A program made the position numbers and the translations under genes. A stretch of 64,000 nt of DNA. It comes from an uncultured Gammaproteobacteria bacterium (GTDB lineage: Bacteria > Patescibacteriota > Microgenomatia > Levybacterales > UBA12049). Under the pieces are notes generated by a model that saw nothing but the letters and a program-made list of their open reading frames with translations, did no database searches and was not told the DNA's origin. Location of the stretch: assembly GCA_964483115.1 (NCBI GenBank), contig CAYZZF010000001.1, forward strand, positions 19,907 through 83,906. Direction: 5' to 3'. This document shows, piece after piece, positions 9,287 through 19,103 of the stretch (positions within the stretch are counted from its first letter, which is position 1; each line of letters begins with the position of its first letter).

Positions 9287-11665
9287 ATGTTTTACAAAAA
9301 ACTTAAGGATCTATTCCTTAAGAATAGTTACTGTTTTTTGTTTCTCGTCATTGTCCTTTTTTTCTTCAGACCGGTGTTTATAGGTAAAATTCCTTTTCCA
9401 GGCGATCTTTTGATAAATGAAAACCCATATAAAACATTAGAAAGCTATCCAAATAAAGCCCAAGGAGCGGATGTTATAAAAGAAATATACCCCTGGAGAT
9501 TTTTTTCTATAAATCAAATAAAAAATGGCGATATTCCGTTTTGGAATCCTCATAATTTTTCTGGAAATCCGCAGCTTGCAAATTTTCAAACTGCAATTTT
9601 TTACCCTTTTAATATTTTATATTTCATATTTTCTTTTAATACTGCTTGGACAATTATTATTATGCTTCAGCCATTCTTAGCAGCCATATTTATGTATTTG
9701 TTTTTGTCAAAAGGACTGCTTCTTAAGAAATTCACTTCTTTTATTGGGGGAATTGTTTTTGCTTTTTCATCGTATATGATAGTTTGGCTTGAGTATGGGA
9801 ACATTGGGAGTACTTTATTGTGGCTTCCGCTAGCATTATTATTTACTAAATGGATTTTAGATAAACCATCTATTTTTAATTTTTTGTCATTGACATTTAC
9901 TCTAACTTTCAGCATTCTTGCAGGTTATATACAAGGAGTTTTTTATATTTATGTACTTTGCTTTTTTTACTTTTTATTTTTGTTAGTATTTGAAAGAAAA
10001 AAGAAAATAAAAATACGGAACATATCTATATTTTTAATTAGCATAATATTGCCAATTTTTCTATCGGCGTTCCAGTTTTTACCGACCTACAAATTATTTC
10101 TTAATTCAACAAGAGGAAGTTATTCAATTTCCCAAATATCCAATTTACTTTTACCATCGTTTTATTGGATTACGGCTTTTGCATCTGATTTTTTCGGCAA
10201 CCCAGCAACGCGTAATTATTGGATCAGTGGGACTTATATAGAAAGAGTGATGTATGTTGGTGTACCGATTATTTTTTTTGCTTTCTACGGAGTATCCAAA
10301 TCAAAAATTTTAGAAAAAAGATTTTTTTTAGTCTTGGGCACTTTGTCTTTGATATTAGCAACTAATCTGCCGCTTGTTAAATTTTTCTATCTTATACCTT
10401 TACCTGTAATATCAACCACTGTGCCAACAAGAGAGCTAAGTATTTTTATATTCAGTCTTATCGTCTTATCTTCGATGGGTATAGATTACTGGCTTATTAA
10501 TAAAGAGAATAAGAGCAAAATTTCCATAATTTTTTTGTTAATTTATGTAGCAATTTGGCTTGCAGTAATCATTTTATCCAAGTTAGGACCGGTGAATTAT
10601 CAATATCTGCAAATAACGCGACACAATCTTATTTTACCGAGTTTTTTAGCGATCGCGACGATAATAGTTTTTTACCTTAAAAGAAAAGCAAAAACATTAG
10701 GTTTAATTTTTCTTACTTTAATTGTTATTCTTGATTTGTTATATTTTTTCAATAAAATCACACCATTTTCTCCTACTACTTTTGTTTACCCAAAGACCTC
10801 AGTTGTCTCGTTTTTACAGAAAAATGCTGGGATTAATAGGTTTTGGGGTTATGGATCTGCTTATATTCCCGCTAATTTCCAGACCATTGACGGCACGTAT
10901 TCTCCAGAGGGCAATGATCCATTACATATAGAGTCTTACGGGCAACTTCTTGCTTCATCAGCAAAGGGTACGCTACCAAACGTCTTGCCAAGACCAGATG
11001 CAAATATTGTGCCGGGATTTGGAACTAATGATTTAAAAAATAATTATTACAGACAAAGAATTATTAATCTTTTGGGAGTTAAATATATATTGAATAAAAA
11101 TGATAGTCTTTTGAAAGAATATGTGCCTGACTATGATACCTTTGCGCAAAATTATTATAAGCTAGTTTGGCAGGATTCCCCTTGGCAGATTTATGAAAAT
11201 AAAAATGCTCTTCCAAGGTTTTTTATGACAGGAAGCTATGTTATTATTAAGGATAAAAATTCCGTAATTTCAGCCATTTACAACAAAAATCTTGATTTAC
11301 AAAAAACTTTAATTTTAGAAGAAAAACCATCAATGTCAATAGACGGAGATTCTTTAGGTATCGCAAAACTTTTATCTTATACGCCTAACAAAGTCTCATT
11401 TTCTACAAAAAGTAATGGTAACAGTCTTTTATTTCTATCCGATAATTATTGGGATGAATGGCAGGCACTTATTGACAACAAGCCCGTAAAAACATATATT
11501 GCTGATTATTCTTTTAGAGCAGTTGAGGTGCCTAAAGGCCAGCATACTTTTGTATTTTCTTACAATCCTGCCTCTTTTTTTCTTGGACTTAAAATATCAT
11601 CAATCAGTCTTTTAATTCTAATACTGATACCTTTATGGATAAAAAAATATGGTAAAGAAATATAA
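9287..11665 (+). CDS. yfhO: YfhO-family GT-C membrane glycosyltransferase
   Basis: Signature YPW-x(6-12)-PxWNP-x-xFSG-P-x-AN-x-Q-x-A-x-FYP (IYPWRFFSINQIKNGDIPFWNPHNFSGNPQLANFQTAIFYP). Length 792 aa with a C-terminal extracytoplasmic domain. Confidence 0.75.
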   Translation: MFYKKLKDLFLKNSYCFLFLVIVLFFFRPVFIGKIPFPGDLLINENPYKTLESYPNKAQGADVIKEIYPWRFFSINQIKNGDIPFWNPHNFSGNPQLANFQTAIFYPFNILYFIFSFNTAWTIIIMLQPFLAAIFMYLFLSKGLLLKKFTSFIGGIVFAFSSYMIVWLEYGNIGSTLLWLPLALLFTKWILDKPSIFNFLSLTFTLTFSILAGYIQGVFYIYVLCFFYFLFLLVFERKKKIKIRNISIFLISIILPIFLSAFQFLPTYKLFLNSTRGSYSISQISNLLLPSFYWITAFASDFFGNPATRNYWISGTYIERVMYVGVPIIFFAFYGVSKSKILEKRFFLVLGTLSLILATNLPLVKFFYLIPLPVISTTVPTRELSIFIFSLIVLSSMGIDYWLINKENKSKISIIFLLIYVAIWLAVIILSKLGPVNYQYLQITRHNLILPSFLAIATIIVFYLKRKAKTLGLIFLTLIVILDLLYFFNKITPFSPTTFVYPKTSVVSFLQKNAGINRFWGYGSAYIPANFQTIDGTYSPEGNDPLHIESYGQLLASSAKGTLPNVLPRPDANIVPGFGTNDLKNNYYRQRIINLLGVKYILNKNDSLLKEYVPDYDTFAQNYYKLVWQDSPWQIYENKNALPRFFMTGSYVIIKDKNSVISAIYNKNLDLQKTLILEEKPSMSIDGDSLGIAKLLSYTPNKVSFSTKSNGNSLLFLSDNYWDEWQALIDNKPVKTYIADYSFRAVEVPKGQHTFVFSYNPASFFLGLKISSISLLILILIPLWIKKYGKEI

Positions 11666-13211
11666 TTTGATATTTATATTACTGGTAATTTTGGCTGCAA
11701 TACCGAGCGTTTTAGCTCTTTTTCATCCCGGGTTTTTCCAAACTGCTGATGGGACGTGGATGATTATTAGATTTTCAGCTTTTCATCAAGCGCTTCGTGA
11801 TGGTCAATTTCCTGTAAGGTTTTTAGGGAGGCTAAACTTCGGATATGGTTACCCAGTTGCGGATTTTTTATATCCGGGGTTTATGTATCTTGCGGAAATT
11901 CCAAAAGTTTTGGGTTTTGGGTTTATCAATTCCATAAAAATCATTTTGGGATTATCTATAATTACGTCAGCTATTTTTGTTTACTTTTGGCTGGCAAAGT
12001 TATTCGATCGTTTATCAAGCCTTCTGGGCGCACTTATATATATTTACGTTCCCTACTATTTATATGATCTTTATAACCGTGGATCAGTTGGAGAAGTTCT
12101 TGCCCTTTCGGTGGTCCCATTTATTCTTTGGCAAATAGAAAGAAAGAGTTTTTTTTGGACAACCGTAGGCTTAGGATTTTTAGTACTTTCGCATAATACT
12201 CTTGCAGTTTTATTTTTACCTCTTATAATATTCTACCTTACTCTTGATGTCTTAAACTCCTCAAATAAACGGGTGCTAATATATCGATATGCTAGTATGT
12301 TGGCGCTGGGTTTGGGATTAGCATCTTTTTTTTGGTTGCCTGCTATTTTTGATTTACAATATACAATTTTTCAAAAAACTCCTATTTCTGATTTTAATAT
12401 GTATTTTGTAGGTATAAATTTAATAGGCTTTTCTACATTATTTATTTTTTTGTTGACTTTTGTACTATTTTTAATCGGGAAAATTAAGTTTTCAAAACAT
12501 CGGTTGACAGTGTTACTGTTTATTATCGGAATTATTTCTGTATTTTTCGCAACTTCGTTAAGTGTTCCATTATGGAAAATTCTTCCAGTTTCTTTTATTC
12601 AGTTTCCTTTTCGGTTTTTATCGATCGCTATATTATGTGCGGCTTTTCTCGTAGCCTTCGCAATTTCGGTTTTACCAAATAGGGCAAAAATCATAATGGT
12701 ATTGCTTATCTTTGTTCTTGCATTTTTATCATCAAAATCTTATTTGATTCCATCCCAATTCTTTGAGAGGGATGATCTTTATTATTCAACTAATGAAGGA
12801 ACAACTACAGTGCAAAATGAATATATGCCAAAATGGGTAAAGAATCAGCCCAATCAACATTTTAAAGAGAAAGTAGAACTAATAGAAGGAAAAGCAAATA
12901 TAAATAATTTAGATTATAATTCTAAACAAGTGGTGTTTGATATTAATTCTTCGGGAAACTCAAAAGTCAGGATAAATACAATTTATTTTCCAGGCTGGAA
13001 GTCCACTATCGATGGAAATCCGTCCAATATTGAATACACCAACGACCGGGGGGTCATAGATCTGTCGGTTCCAAAAGGAGAACACAAAATAAAACTCAAG
13101 TTTTCAGAAACCCCTCTTCGCCTTTTAGCAGATCTTATCTCCTTATTTAGTCTAATAATCTTAATTGGTATTACATTAAAAGCAGTTTATATCCATAGGG
13201 TGTCAAGCTAA
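11649..13211 (+). CDS. polytopic membrane protein, GT-C-like family A (possibly PTPS-related membrane protein family), paralog 1
   Basis: N-terminus LFHPGFF..DG...R..EF..ALRDGQFPVR....NFGYGYP is conserved with the CDSs at 13332 and 39704. The C-terminal beta-sandwich-like tail (YFPGWK...VPKGEHKIKL) matches the others. I cannot confirm the family assignment without a search. Confidence 0.5.
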   Translation: MVKKYNLIFILLVILAAIPSVLALFHPGFFQTADGTWMIIRFSAFHQALRDGQFPVRFLGRLNFGYGYPVADFLYPGFMYLAEIPKVLGFGFINSIKIILGLSIITSAIFVYFWLAKLFDRLSSLLGALIYIYVPYYLYDLYNRGSVGEVLALSVVPFILWQIERKSFFWTTVGLGFLVLSHNTLAVLFLPLIIFYLTLDVLNSSNKRVLIYRYASMLALGLGLASFFWLPAIFDLQYTIFQKTPISDFNMYFVGINLIGFSTLFIFLLTFVLFLIGKIKFSKHRLTVLLFIIGIISVFFATSLSVPLWKILPVSFIQFPFRFLSIAILCAAFLVAFAISVLPNRAKIIMVLLIFVLAFLSSKSYLIPSQFFERDDLYYSTNEGTTTVQNEYMPKWVKNQPNQHFKEKVELIEGKANINNLDYNSKQVVFDINSSGNSKVRINTIYFPGWKSTIDGNPSNIEYTNDRGVIDLSVPKGEHKIKLKFSETPLRLLADLISLFSLIILIGITLKAVYIHRVSS

Positions 13212-13226
13212 TCCACCCTTAGGGTG
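13205..13226 (+). promoter_or_regulatory. conserved post-stop motif AAGCTAATCCACCCTTAGGGTG (copy 1), a small hairpin CACCC-tta-GGGTG
   Basis: 15 of 15 nt identical to the copy at 24210-24232. Both copies overlap or follow a stop codon and precede a GT-C gene. Confidence 0.4.
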
Positions 13227-13315
13227 TCTTGGGGTGCCTTGCGATTACACTTAGCACTTTACAGCTAAACGTTGAGTTAGCTAAAATTCTATTTTATAAC
13301 TAGTTGAATTGTCTA

Positions 13316-13321
13316 TATAAT
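13316..13321 (+). promoter_or_regulatory. TATAAT -10-like hexamer 10 nt upstream of the ATG at 13332
   Basis: gtctatataatacgagttagtATG. There is no clear -35 or Shine-Dalgarno, so this may be a short-leader transcript. Confidence 0.25.
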
Positions 13322-13331
13322 ACGAGTTAGT

Positions 13332-15077
13332 ATGAATTTTTTGAAAAAGTATCTAGGACTTCTAGTGGTTATTTTTCTTTCGATACCCTCTATTCTTTCT
13401 CTTTTTCACCCTGGGTTTTTCCCAATGCATGATGATACGCAAGTGGCGAGAGTTTTTGAGATAGGGAAGGCACTAAGAGATGGAATGTTTCCCGTGCGCT
13501 GGGTTGCAGATCTTGGATATGGATATGGTTACCCAATTTTTAATTTTTATGCACCGCTTGCTTATTATTTTGGAGGACTTCTAAGTATTTTAGGGTTTAA
13601 CGCACTTACCTCAACGAAAATTATGATGGGAACAGGAATTCTACTTTCAGGTATTTTTATGTATTTTTTTGCTCAGGAATTGTTTGGGAAGCTTGGAGGA
13701 GTAGTTTCAGGGTTATTTTATGTTTATGCGCCATATCATGCTGTTGATGTTTATGTTAGGGGCGATGTTGCGGAATTCTGGGCATACGCATTTATACCTT
13801 TAATGTTTCTTGGATTCTACAAATTAATCTCAAATCTTCCGCCTCGCAGCCAGACGAGTAAATCTAAAAACTTGAGATGGGTAATTGTTGGAGCGATTGG
13901 ATTTGCGGGAATTGTTCTATCTCATAATTTAACAGCTATGATGATAATACCATTTTTAATAATTATTCTATTATTCTATTGCTTCGTCGCTTTTAGAAAC
14001 AAGAACCTATTTACTATTTACTATTTACTATTTACTATTTTTTTGGGTTTACTTTTGTCTGCCTTTTATTGGTTACCTGCTCTTTTTGAAATGAAATCTA
14101 CAAATGTACTATCTCAAATTGGAGGAGGGGCAAATTTTCGAGATCACTTTGTTTGTTGGCAGCAGCTTTGGAGCTCTCCTTGGGGTTTTGGAGGTTCAAC
14201 CTCAGGGTGTATTGATGGAATATCTTTTATGGTTGGTAAATTATATATACTTATGTCTACAGCCGCAATTGTCTTAGCAACTTCTTTAATAAATAAAAAT
14301 TTAATCAGAAAAAAAGATAATAGCAAGATATTTTTTATTTTATTTTCAATTTTTGGACTGCTCGTTTCAGTATTCTTGACACTTGAAATATCTAAACCTG
14401 TTTGGGAGTTAATTTTCCCTATGGCATTTTTGCAATACCCATGGAGATTTCTTCTATTTACTTCGTTTTTTACTTCAGTTCTTGCCGGAGCGCTTTTCTG
14501 GTTTTTACGAATTTTATTTTATAAGTTTAGGCACTTTAATACTATATATTATTTAAGCGCAGTAATTGTGATCTTAGCTCTTATTTACCTTAACGCAAAA
14601 CTTTTTATACCACAAATAATTATTAACAAAAATAACAATGATTACACAAATAATGTTGCTCTCAAGTGGATCGCCTCAAAAATATCCGATGAGTATATGC
14701 CAAAAAACTTTAATAAACCTAAATCAGAAAACCAGATTGTAAATAACAAAATATTACCCGCAGAATCTAGTGTAAAAATTTTATACGGCGTTCAAGATAC
14801 TAAAAGTTTACAAGCTTTTATCGATGTTCCTAAAGATACAAAAGTTAAGATAAACACCGCCTTTTTTCCCGCATGGACTGCTTTTGTAGATGGTAAAAAA
14901 GCTGAGCTGTATGCAACAAATCAAGGAGTGAACATTTTTATGTCTTCGGGAAAACATACATTTAATATGGAGTTTATAGAAACGCCGATAGAAAAATTGG
15001 CTAATTTTATCTCTCTTACTGGCTTATTTATACTTATTATTGGTATAATTCCTCTAAAGAGAAGCCTATATAAATGA
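13332..15077 (+). CDS. polytopic membrane protein, GT-C-like family A, paralog 2
   Basis: Same N-terminal signature (LFHPGFFPMHDDT...GMFPVRWVADLGYGYGYP). Contains an in-frame (CTATTTA)x4 tract. Confidence 0.5.
   Translation: MNFLKKYLGLLVVIFLSIPSILSLFHPGFFPMHDDTQVARVFEIGKALRDGMFPVRWVADLGYGYGYPIFNFYAPLAYYFGGLLSILGFNALTSTKIMMGTGILLSGIFMYFFAQELFGKLGGVVSGLFYVYAPYHAVDVYVRGDVAEFWAYAFIPLMFLGFYKLISNLPPRSQTSKSKNLRWVIVGAIGFAGIVLSHNLTAMMIIPFLIIILLFYCFVAFRNKNLFTIYYLLFTIFLGLLLSAFYWLPALFEMKSTNVLSQIGGGANFRDHFVCWQQLWSSPWGFGGSTSGCIDGISFMVGKLYILMSTAAIVLATSLINKNLIRKKDNSKIFFILFSIFGLLVSVFLTLEISKPVWELIFPMAFLQYPWRFLLFTSFFTSVLAGALFWFLRILFYKFRHFNTIYYLSAVIVILALIYLNAKLFIPQIIINKNNNDYTNNVALKWIASKISDEYMPKNFNKPKSENQIVNNKILPAESSVKILYGVQDTKSLQAFIDVPKDTKVKINTAFFPAWTAFVDGKKAELYATNQGVNIFMSSGKHTFNMEFIETPIEKLANFISLTGLFILIIGIIPLKRSLYK
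14007..14041 (+). repeat. (CTATTTA)x4 perfect plus one variant unit, in-frame in the family-A gene at 13332
   Basis: Read directly: ctattta x4 then ctatttt. Encodes LFTIYYLLFTIF. Confidence 0.95.
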
Positions 15078-15811
15078 AAGATAAGACTTTAGAAATAACA
15101 CTCCCTGTTTACAACGAAGAAAAAGAATTAGAAAAAAATATTTTAATTCTTTATAAATTTTGTACCGATTCGCTAAAAAGTTATGACTGGAATATAACCG
15201 TAGTGGACAATGCCTCAAATGATAAAACTTCTGTTGTTGGCGCTAAGCTAGCAAAAGAAAAAGAAAGGATTGAATATTTAAGACTTGATCATAAAGGAAG
15301 AGGTAGAGCTGTTAAAAGGGCATGGAGCCAGTCAGGTAAAGACTTCTGTTTTTATATGGATTTGGATCTTTCAACAAATCTTGTCCACCTGCCTAGAATT
15401 CTGAAAGCCTTAGAAAACGGTTTTGATATCGGAGTAGGTTCAAGACTTGCAAAGGGCGCAAAAGTTGAAGGAAGAACAATAGTTCGTGAGTTTATCTCAA
15501 GAGTTTTAAACTTCTTTTTTATTCGTTTTCTCTTCGGGACCCATTTTACCGATGCTCAATGCGGTTTTAAAGGAGTAACAAGAAAAGTTGTGGTTGAGCT
15601 AATTCCAAAAATTCAGGACAGTGGCTGGTTTTTTGATGGAGAGCTTCTAATTGTTGCCGAAAAAAGTGGTTATAAGATTTATGAAGAGCCTATTCATTGG
15701 ATTGATAATCCTGGTTCCACAGTCAGGCTTTATTCTACAATATTTGGAGACATCAAGGCTATTTTAAGACTGCTTTTGACAAAACCTTGGGTGCAAAAGC
15801 ACAAAATCTAA
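15074..15811 (+). CDS. GT2 polyprenyl-phosphate sugar synthase (DPM1/GtrB-like)
   Basis: LEITLPVYNEE, VVDNASNDKT, a DxD element and AQCGFKGV. Overlaps the upstream GT-C gene by 4 nt. Confidence 0.7.
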   Translation: MKDKTLEITLPVYNEEKELEKNILILYKFCTDSLKSYDWNITVVDNASNDKTSVVGAKLAKEKERIEYLRLDHKGRGRAVKRAWSQSGKDFCFYMDLDLSTNLVHLPRILKALENGFDIGVGSRLAKGAKVEGRTIVREFISRVLNFFFIRFLFGTHFTDAQCGFKGVTRKVVVELIPKIQDSGWFFDGELLIVAEKSGYKIYEEPIHWIDNPGSTVRLYSTIFGDIKAILRLLLTKPWVQKHKI

Positions 15812-15822
15812 GCCCTTTATTT

Positions 15823-17277
15823 ATGGAAGAAATTGATGTCTCACTTATTACAAAAAGATCTATCCGTGGAGTTTTTGCTTTAGTTTATCGTACTTTTACA
15901 ATACAGTTGATAGGGTTTGTTGCAAATTTTTTATTAACTATCTTTTTGTCCCCGTCTATTTTTGGAGTTTTTTTTGTGGTGTCGGCGGCAATCGCTTTTT
16001 TGTCATATTTTTCAGACATCGGACTTGCTGCAGCACTTATTCAGAAAAAAGAGACAATTACACAGGAAGAGCTTCGTACTACATTTACGATTCAGCAGAT
16101 TCTTGTAATAGGAGTTGTTCTGGTTGCACTAGGTCTATCAAAATTTGTAGGTTCTTTTTACCAATTGCACAGTGATGGAGTTTTGCTTTTTCAGGCTCTA
16201 GTTTTTGCTTTTTTCCTTTCGTCTCTTAAAACAATTCCATCAATTATTTTAGAGCGGAATCTTGATTTTCAAAGACTGGTTATCCCACAAGTCGTTGAAA
16301 ATCTTTTTTTTAATGTTGTAGCTGTGGCTCTAGCCATCAAAGGTTTCGGAGTTACAAGTTTTACTTTTGCAGTATTAGCACGAGGGATTTCTGGAGTTAT
16401 TGCAATTTATTTGATAAGTCCATGGAAAATTAGACTTGGCTTCTCCAAAAAATCAGCCTCAAGACTTCTGTCTTTTGGTATTCCTTTTCAAGCGAATAGT
16501 TTTTTGGCTCTTATTAAAGACGACCTTCTTATTGTTTATCTTGGTAAGATTTTGCCGATTGCTCAAGTTGGTTATATAGGCTTTGCTCAGAAATGGGCTT
16601 TTACGCCTCTTAGACTTATAATGGATAATGTTATACGTATCACTTTTCCTTCTTTTTCAAGACTGCAGCAAAATAAAGAGGTTCTTGGTAAAGCTTTGGA
16701 AAAGTCAATATTTGCAGTATGTTTTTTTATTTTTCCTTCTCTTACAGGGCTTGTAATTCTTGCGCCTTATTTTGTAAACCTTATACCAAAATATACTAAA
16801 TGGGAGCCTGCGCTTTTTTCTCTTGCATTTTTTGCTCTCAATGCAGGATTATCTTCTATATCAACTCCACTGACCAATGTCCTTTCAGCAATTGGTAAGA
16901 TTAAGACAACTTTATATCTTATGGTTTTTTGGACAATTCTAACATGGGTATTAACGCCTATTTCCATATTTACATTAGGATTTAACGGCGTTTCTATAGC
17001 ATCTTTTGTTATTGCAACTTCGGTAGTTATTGTAGTTTACTTAGTAAGAAGACATATAGATTTTAATGTCTTAAGTACTGTAAGATATCCACTTTTTTCC
17101 TCAGTTATTATGGGAACCATGCTATATTTTGTAAGCCCATTGGTAATCAAAAATTTACTTACATTAATAGTTATAATTATCTTGGGTGCTATACTATATT
17201 TTGCAGCAGTCTTTATTTTTGCAAGAAAACAAATATTGTCTGATATACGGTTTGTTCGAAAAAATTTAACAGAATAA
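15823..17277 (+). CDS. polysaccharide/oligosaccharide flippase, Wzx/MOP superfamily
   Basis: About 14 TM. The N-terminal region is typical of polysaccharide biosynthesis (Wzx) proteins. The ORF-track start 15787 overlaps the upstream gene by 25 nt, so I prefer the ATG at 15823 (MEEIDV). Confidence 0.6.
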   Translation: MEEIDVSLITKRSIRGVFALVYRTFTIQLIGFVANFLLTIFLSPSIFGVFFVVSAAIAFLSYFSDIGLAAALIQKKETITQEELRTTFTIQQILVIGVVLVALGLSKFVGSFYQLHSDGVLLFQALVFAFFLSSLKTIPSIILERNLDFQRLVIPQVVENLFFNVVAVALAIKGFGVTSFTFAVLARGISGVIAIYLISPWKIRLGFSKKSASRLLSFGIPFQANSFLALIKDDLLIVYLGKILPIAQVGYIGFAQKWAFTPLRLIMDNVIRITFPSFSRLQQNKEVLGKALEKSIFAVCFFIFPSLTGLVILAPYFVNLIPKYTKWEPALFSLAFFALNAGLSSISTPLTNVLSAIGKIKTTLYLMVFWTILTWVLTPISIFTLGFNGVSIASFVIATSVVIVVYLVRRHIDFNVLSTVRYPLFSSVIMGTMLYFVSPLVIKNLLTLIVIIILGAILYFAAVFIFARKQILSDIRFVRKNLTE

Positions 17278-17280
17278 TTT

Positions 17281-18192
17281 ATGATCAGATTTTCTGTTGT
17301 TATAACTGCATATAATGAGGAAAATAAGATTGAAGAATGTCTTAAATCTGTCGGGTTTGCTGATGAGATAATTTTGATTAACAATTCCTCAACCGATAAA
17401 ACAATTGAAATTGCCAAAAGATACACATCAAATATCTTTACAAAACCAAATTATCCAATGCTAAACATTAACAAGAATTTTGGTTTTTCAAAGGCAAATG
17501 GAGAATGGATTTTAAACTTAGACGCTGATGAGAGAGTCACTCCGGAATTGGAAAAAGAAATTAAATCTGAAATCCAACAGCCAAAGTCCGAAATAAATGG
17601 ATATTGGATTCCAAGAAAAAATATTATTTTTGGCAAGTGGATCAAACATACGGGTTGGTATCCGGACCATCAGCTGAGGCTTTTTAAGAAAGGAAAAGGG
17701 CAGTTCCCCGAGAAGCATATTCATGAAATGATTAAACTTACCGGAAAAACAAACTATCTAAAAAATCCAATACTTCATTATAATTATGAAACTATCGAGC
17801 AGTTTTTAAATAAACTGATTAATATTTATACCCCGAATGAAGCAGAGCAACTGCTTGCGAATGGGTATATTCTTGATCTAAGAGATGCAATAAGATTCCC
17901 GGCACGTGAGTTCGTAAGCCGTTTTTTCGCAAGAGAAGGCTATAAAGATGGGTTTCATGGTTTAATACTATCTCTTCTTATGGCCTTTTATCATTTTGTA
18001 GTCTTTGTCAATATTTGGCAAAAAGAGGGTTTTAAGAGTATTGAGGATAAAGACTTACTGAAAGATATAGAAGATGAATTTAGGAAGACAAATAAAGAAT
18101 TGTTTTTTTGGTTTTCTAAAGAGAAGATGAAGACAGTTAAGAGCCCTTTTAGGAGATTAATTTACCGTGCTATCCAGAAACTTACTTTATGA
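17281..18192 (+). CDS. GT2 glycosyltransferase (WaaE/KdtX-like subgroup)
   Basis: FSVVITAYNEE...ADEIILINNSSTDKT. Paralogous to the CDSs at 19100 and 41352. Confidence 0.65.
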   Translation: MIRFSVVITAYNEENKIEECLKSVGFADEIILINNSSTDKTIEIAKRYTSNIFTKPNYPMLNINKNFGFSKANGEWILNLDADERVTPELEKEIKSEIQQPKSEINGYWIPRKNIIFGKWIKHTGWYPDHQLRLFKKGKGQFPEKHIHEMIKLTGKTNYLKNPILHYNYETIEQFLNKLINIYTPNEAEQLLANGYILDLRDAIRFPAREFVSRFFAREGYKDGFHGLILSLLMAFYHFVVFVNIWQKEGFKSIEDKDLLKDIEDEFRKTNKELFFWFSKEKMKTVKSPFRRLIYRAIQKLTL

Positions 18193-19103
18193 GAAATATT
18201 TTTATTTCTATCGTAAATTTTAATGGTAGAAAAAATACTCTTGAGTGCCTGAATTCTATCAAAAAACTTGCACAAACAAACTTCAAATTGCAGGTTGTCT
18301 TAGTCGATAATGGATCAAGGGAAGCTCTTAAAATCGATGAGACTTATCTAGAAGCTATCCCTTTAAAAATTATTAAAAATAAAGATAACTTAGGTTTTTC
18401 AGGCGGACATAATACAGGAATTAAATACGCCATTTCTCGCAATGCAGATTATATCTTGATTTTAAACAATGATACTGTTGTTGATAAAAATTTAATTTTG
18501 GAGCTTACTAAAACTTTTAATAATAATGACGTTGGAATTGCTGCGCCAAAAATCTATTTTGCCCCTGGATTTGAATTCCATAAGAAAAGATACAAGAAAG
18601 AAGATTTAGGCAAGGTAATTTGGTATGCAGGAGGAGATATGGATTGGAAAAACGTTATTGGCAGACATCGAGGGGTTGACGAGGTGGACTACGGTCAGTA
18701 TGATAAGGCTTTGGAAATAGATTATGCAAGCGGCGCATGCTTTCTTATCAAAAAAAATGTAATAGAGCAGGTTGGTATGCTTGATGAAAAATATTTTCTC
18801 TACTACGAAGATAGCGATCTATCCTGGAGGGTCAAAAAGGCAGGATGTAAAGTTGCCTACGTCCCAACTGCTTTTCTTTGGCACAAAAATGCAGCATCAG
18901 TAGGCGGTTCAGGATCGAGTCTTCAGGATTATTACATAACTCGAAATCGTCTTTTATTTGGTATTAGGTATGCTCCTTTCAAATCAAAACTTGCACTTTT
19001 ACAGGAGAGCTTAAATTTATCAATCAAAGGACGACGGTGGCAAAAAAGAGGAGTTTTGGATTTCTATTTAGGGAAATTTGGGAAAGGGAGTTATTCAATA
19101 TGA
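18189..19103 (+). CDS. GT2 glycosyltransferase (rhamnosyltransferase-like)
   Basis: ISIVNFNG, VDNGS, LNNDTVV and DYASGACFLIKK. Overlaps the upstream gene as ATGA. Confidence 0.65.
   Translation: MRNIFISIVNFNGRKNTLECLNSIKKLAQTNFKLQVVLVDNGSREALKIDETYLEAIPLKIIKNKDNLGFSGGHNTGIKYAISRNADYILILNNDTVVDKNLILELTKTFNNNDVGIAAPKIYFAPGFEFHKKRYKKEDLGKVIWYAGGDMDWKNVIGRHRGVDEVDYGQYDKALEIDYASGACFLIKKNVIEQVGMLDEKYFLYYEDSDLSWRVKKAGCKVAYVPTAFLWHKNAASVGGSGSSLQDYYITRNRLLFGIRYAPFKSKLALLQESLNLSIKGRRWQKRGVLDFYLGKFGKGSYSI

Noticed and set aside
13212-13331. tRNA or other structured RNA in the largest + strand intergenic gap
   Set aside because: No cloverleaf elements (no GTTC/T-loop or anticodon-stem pattern). It contains only the conserved hairpin motif and an AT-rich promoter-like stretch.
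17037-17724. Minus-strand ORFs of 64-129 aa inside the flippase and GT2 genes
   Set aside because: Antisense to strongly supported genes. AT-rich antisense frames are frequently open in this genome.
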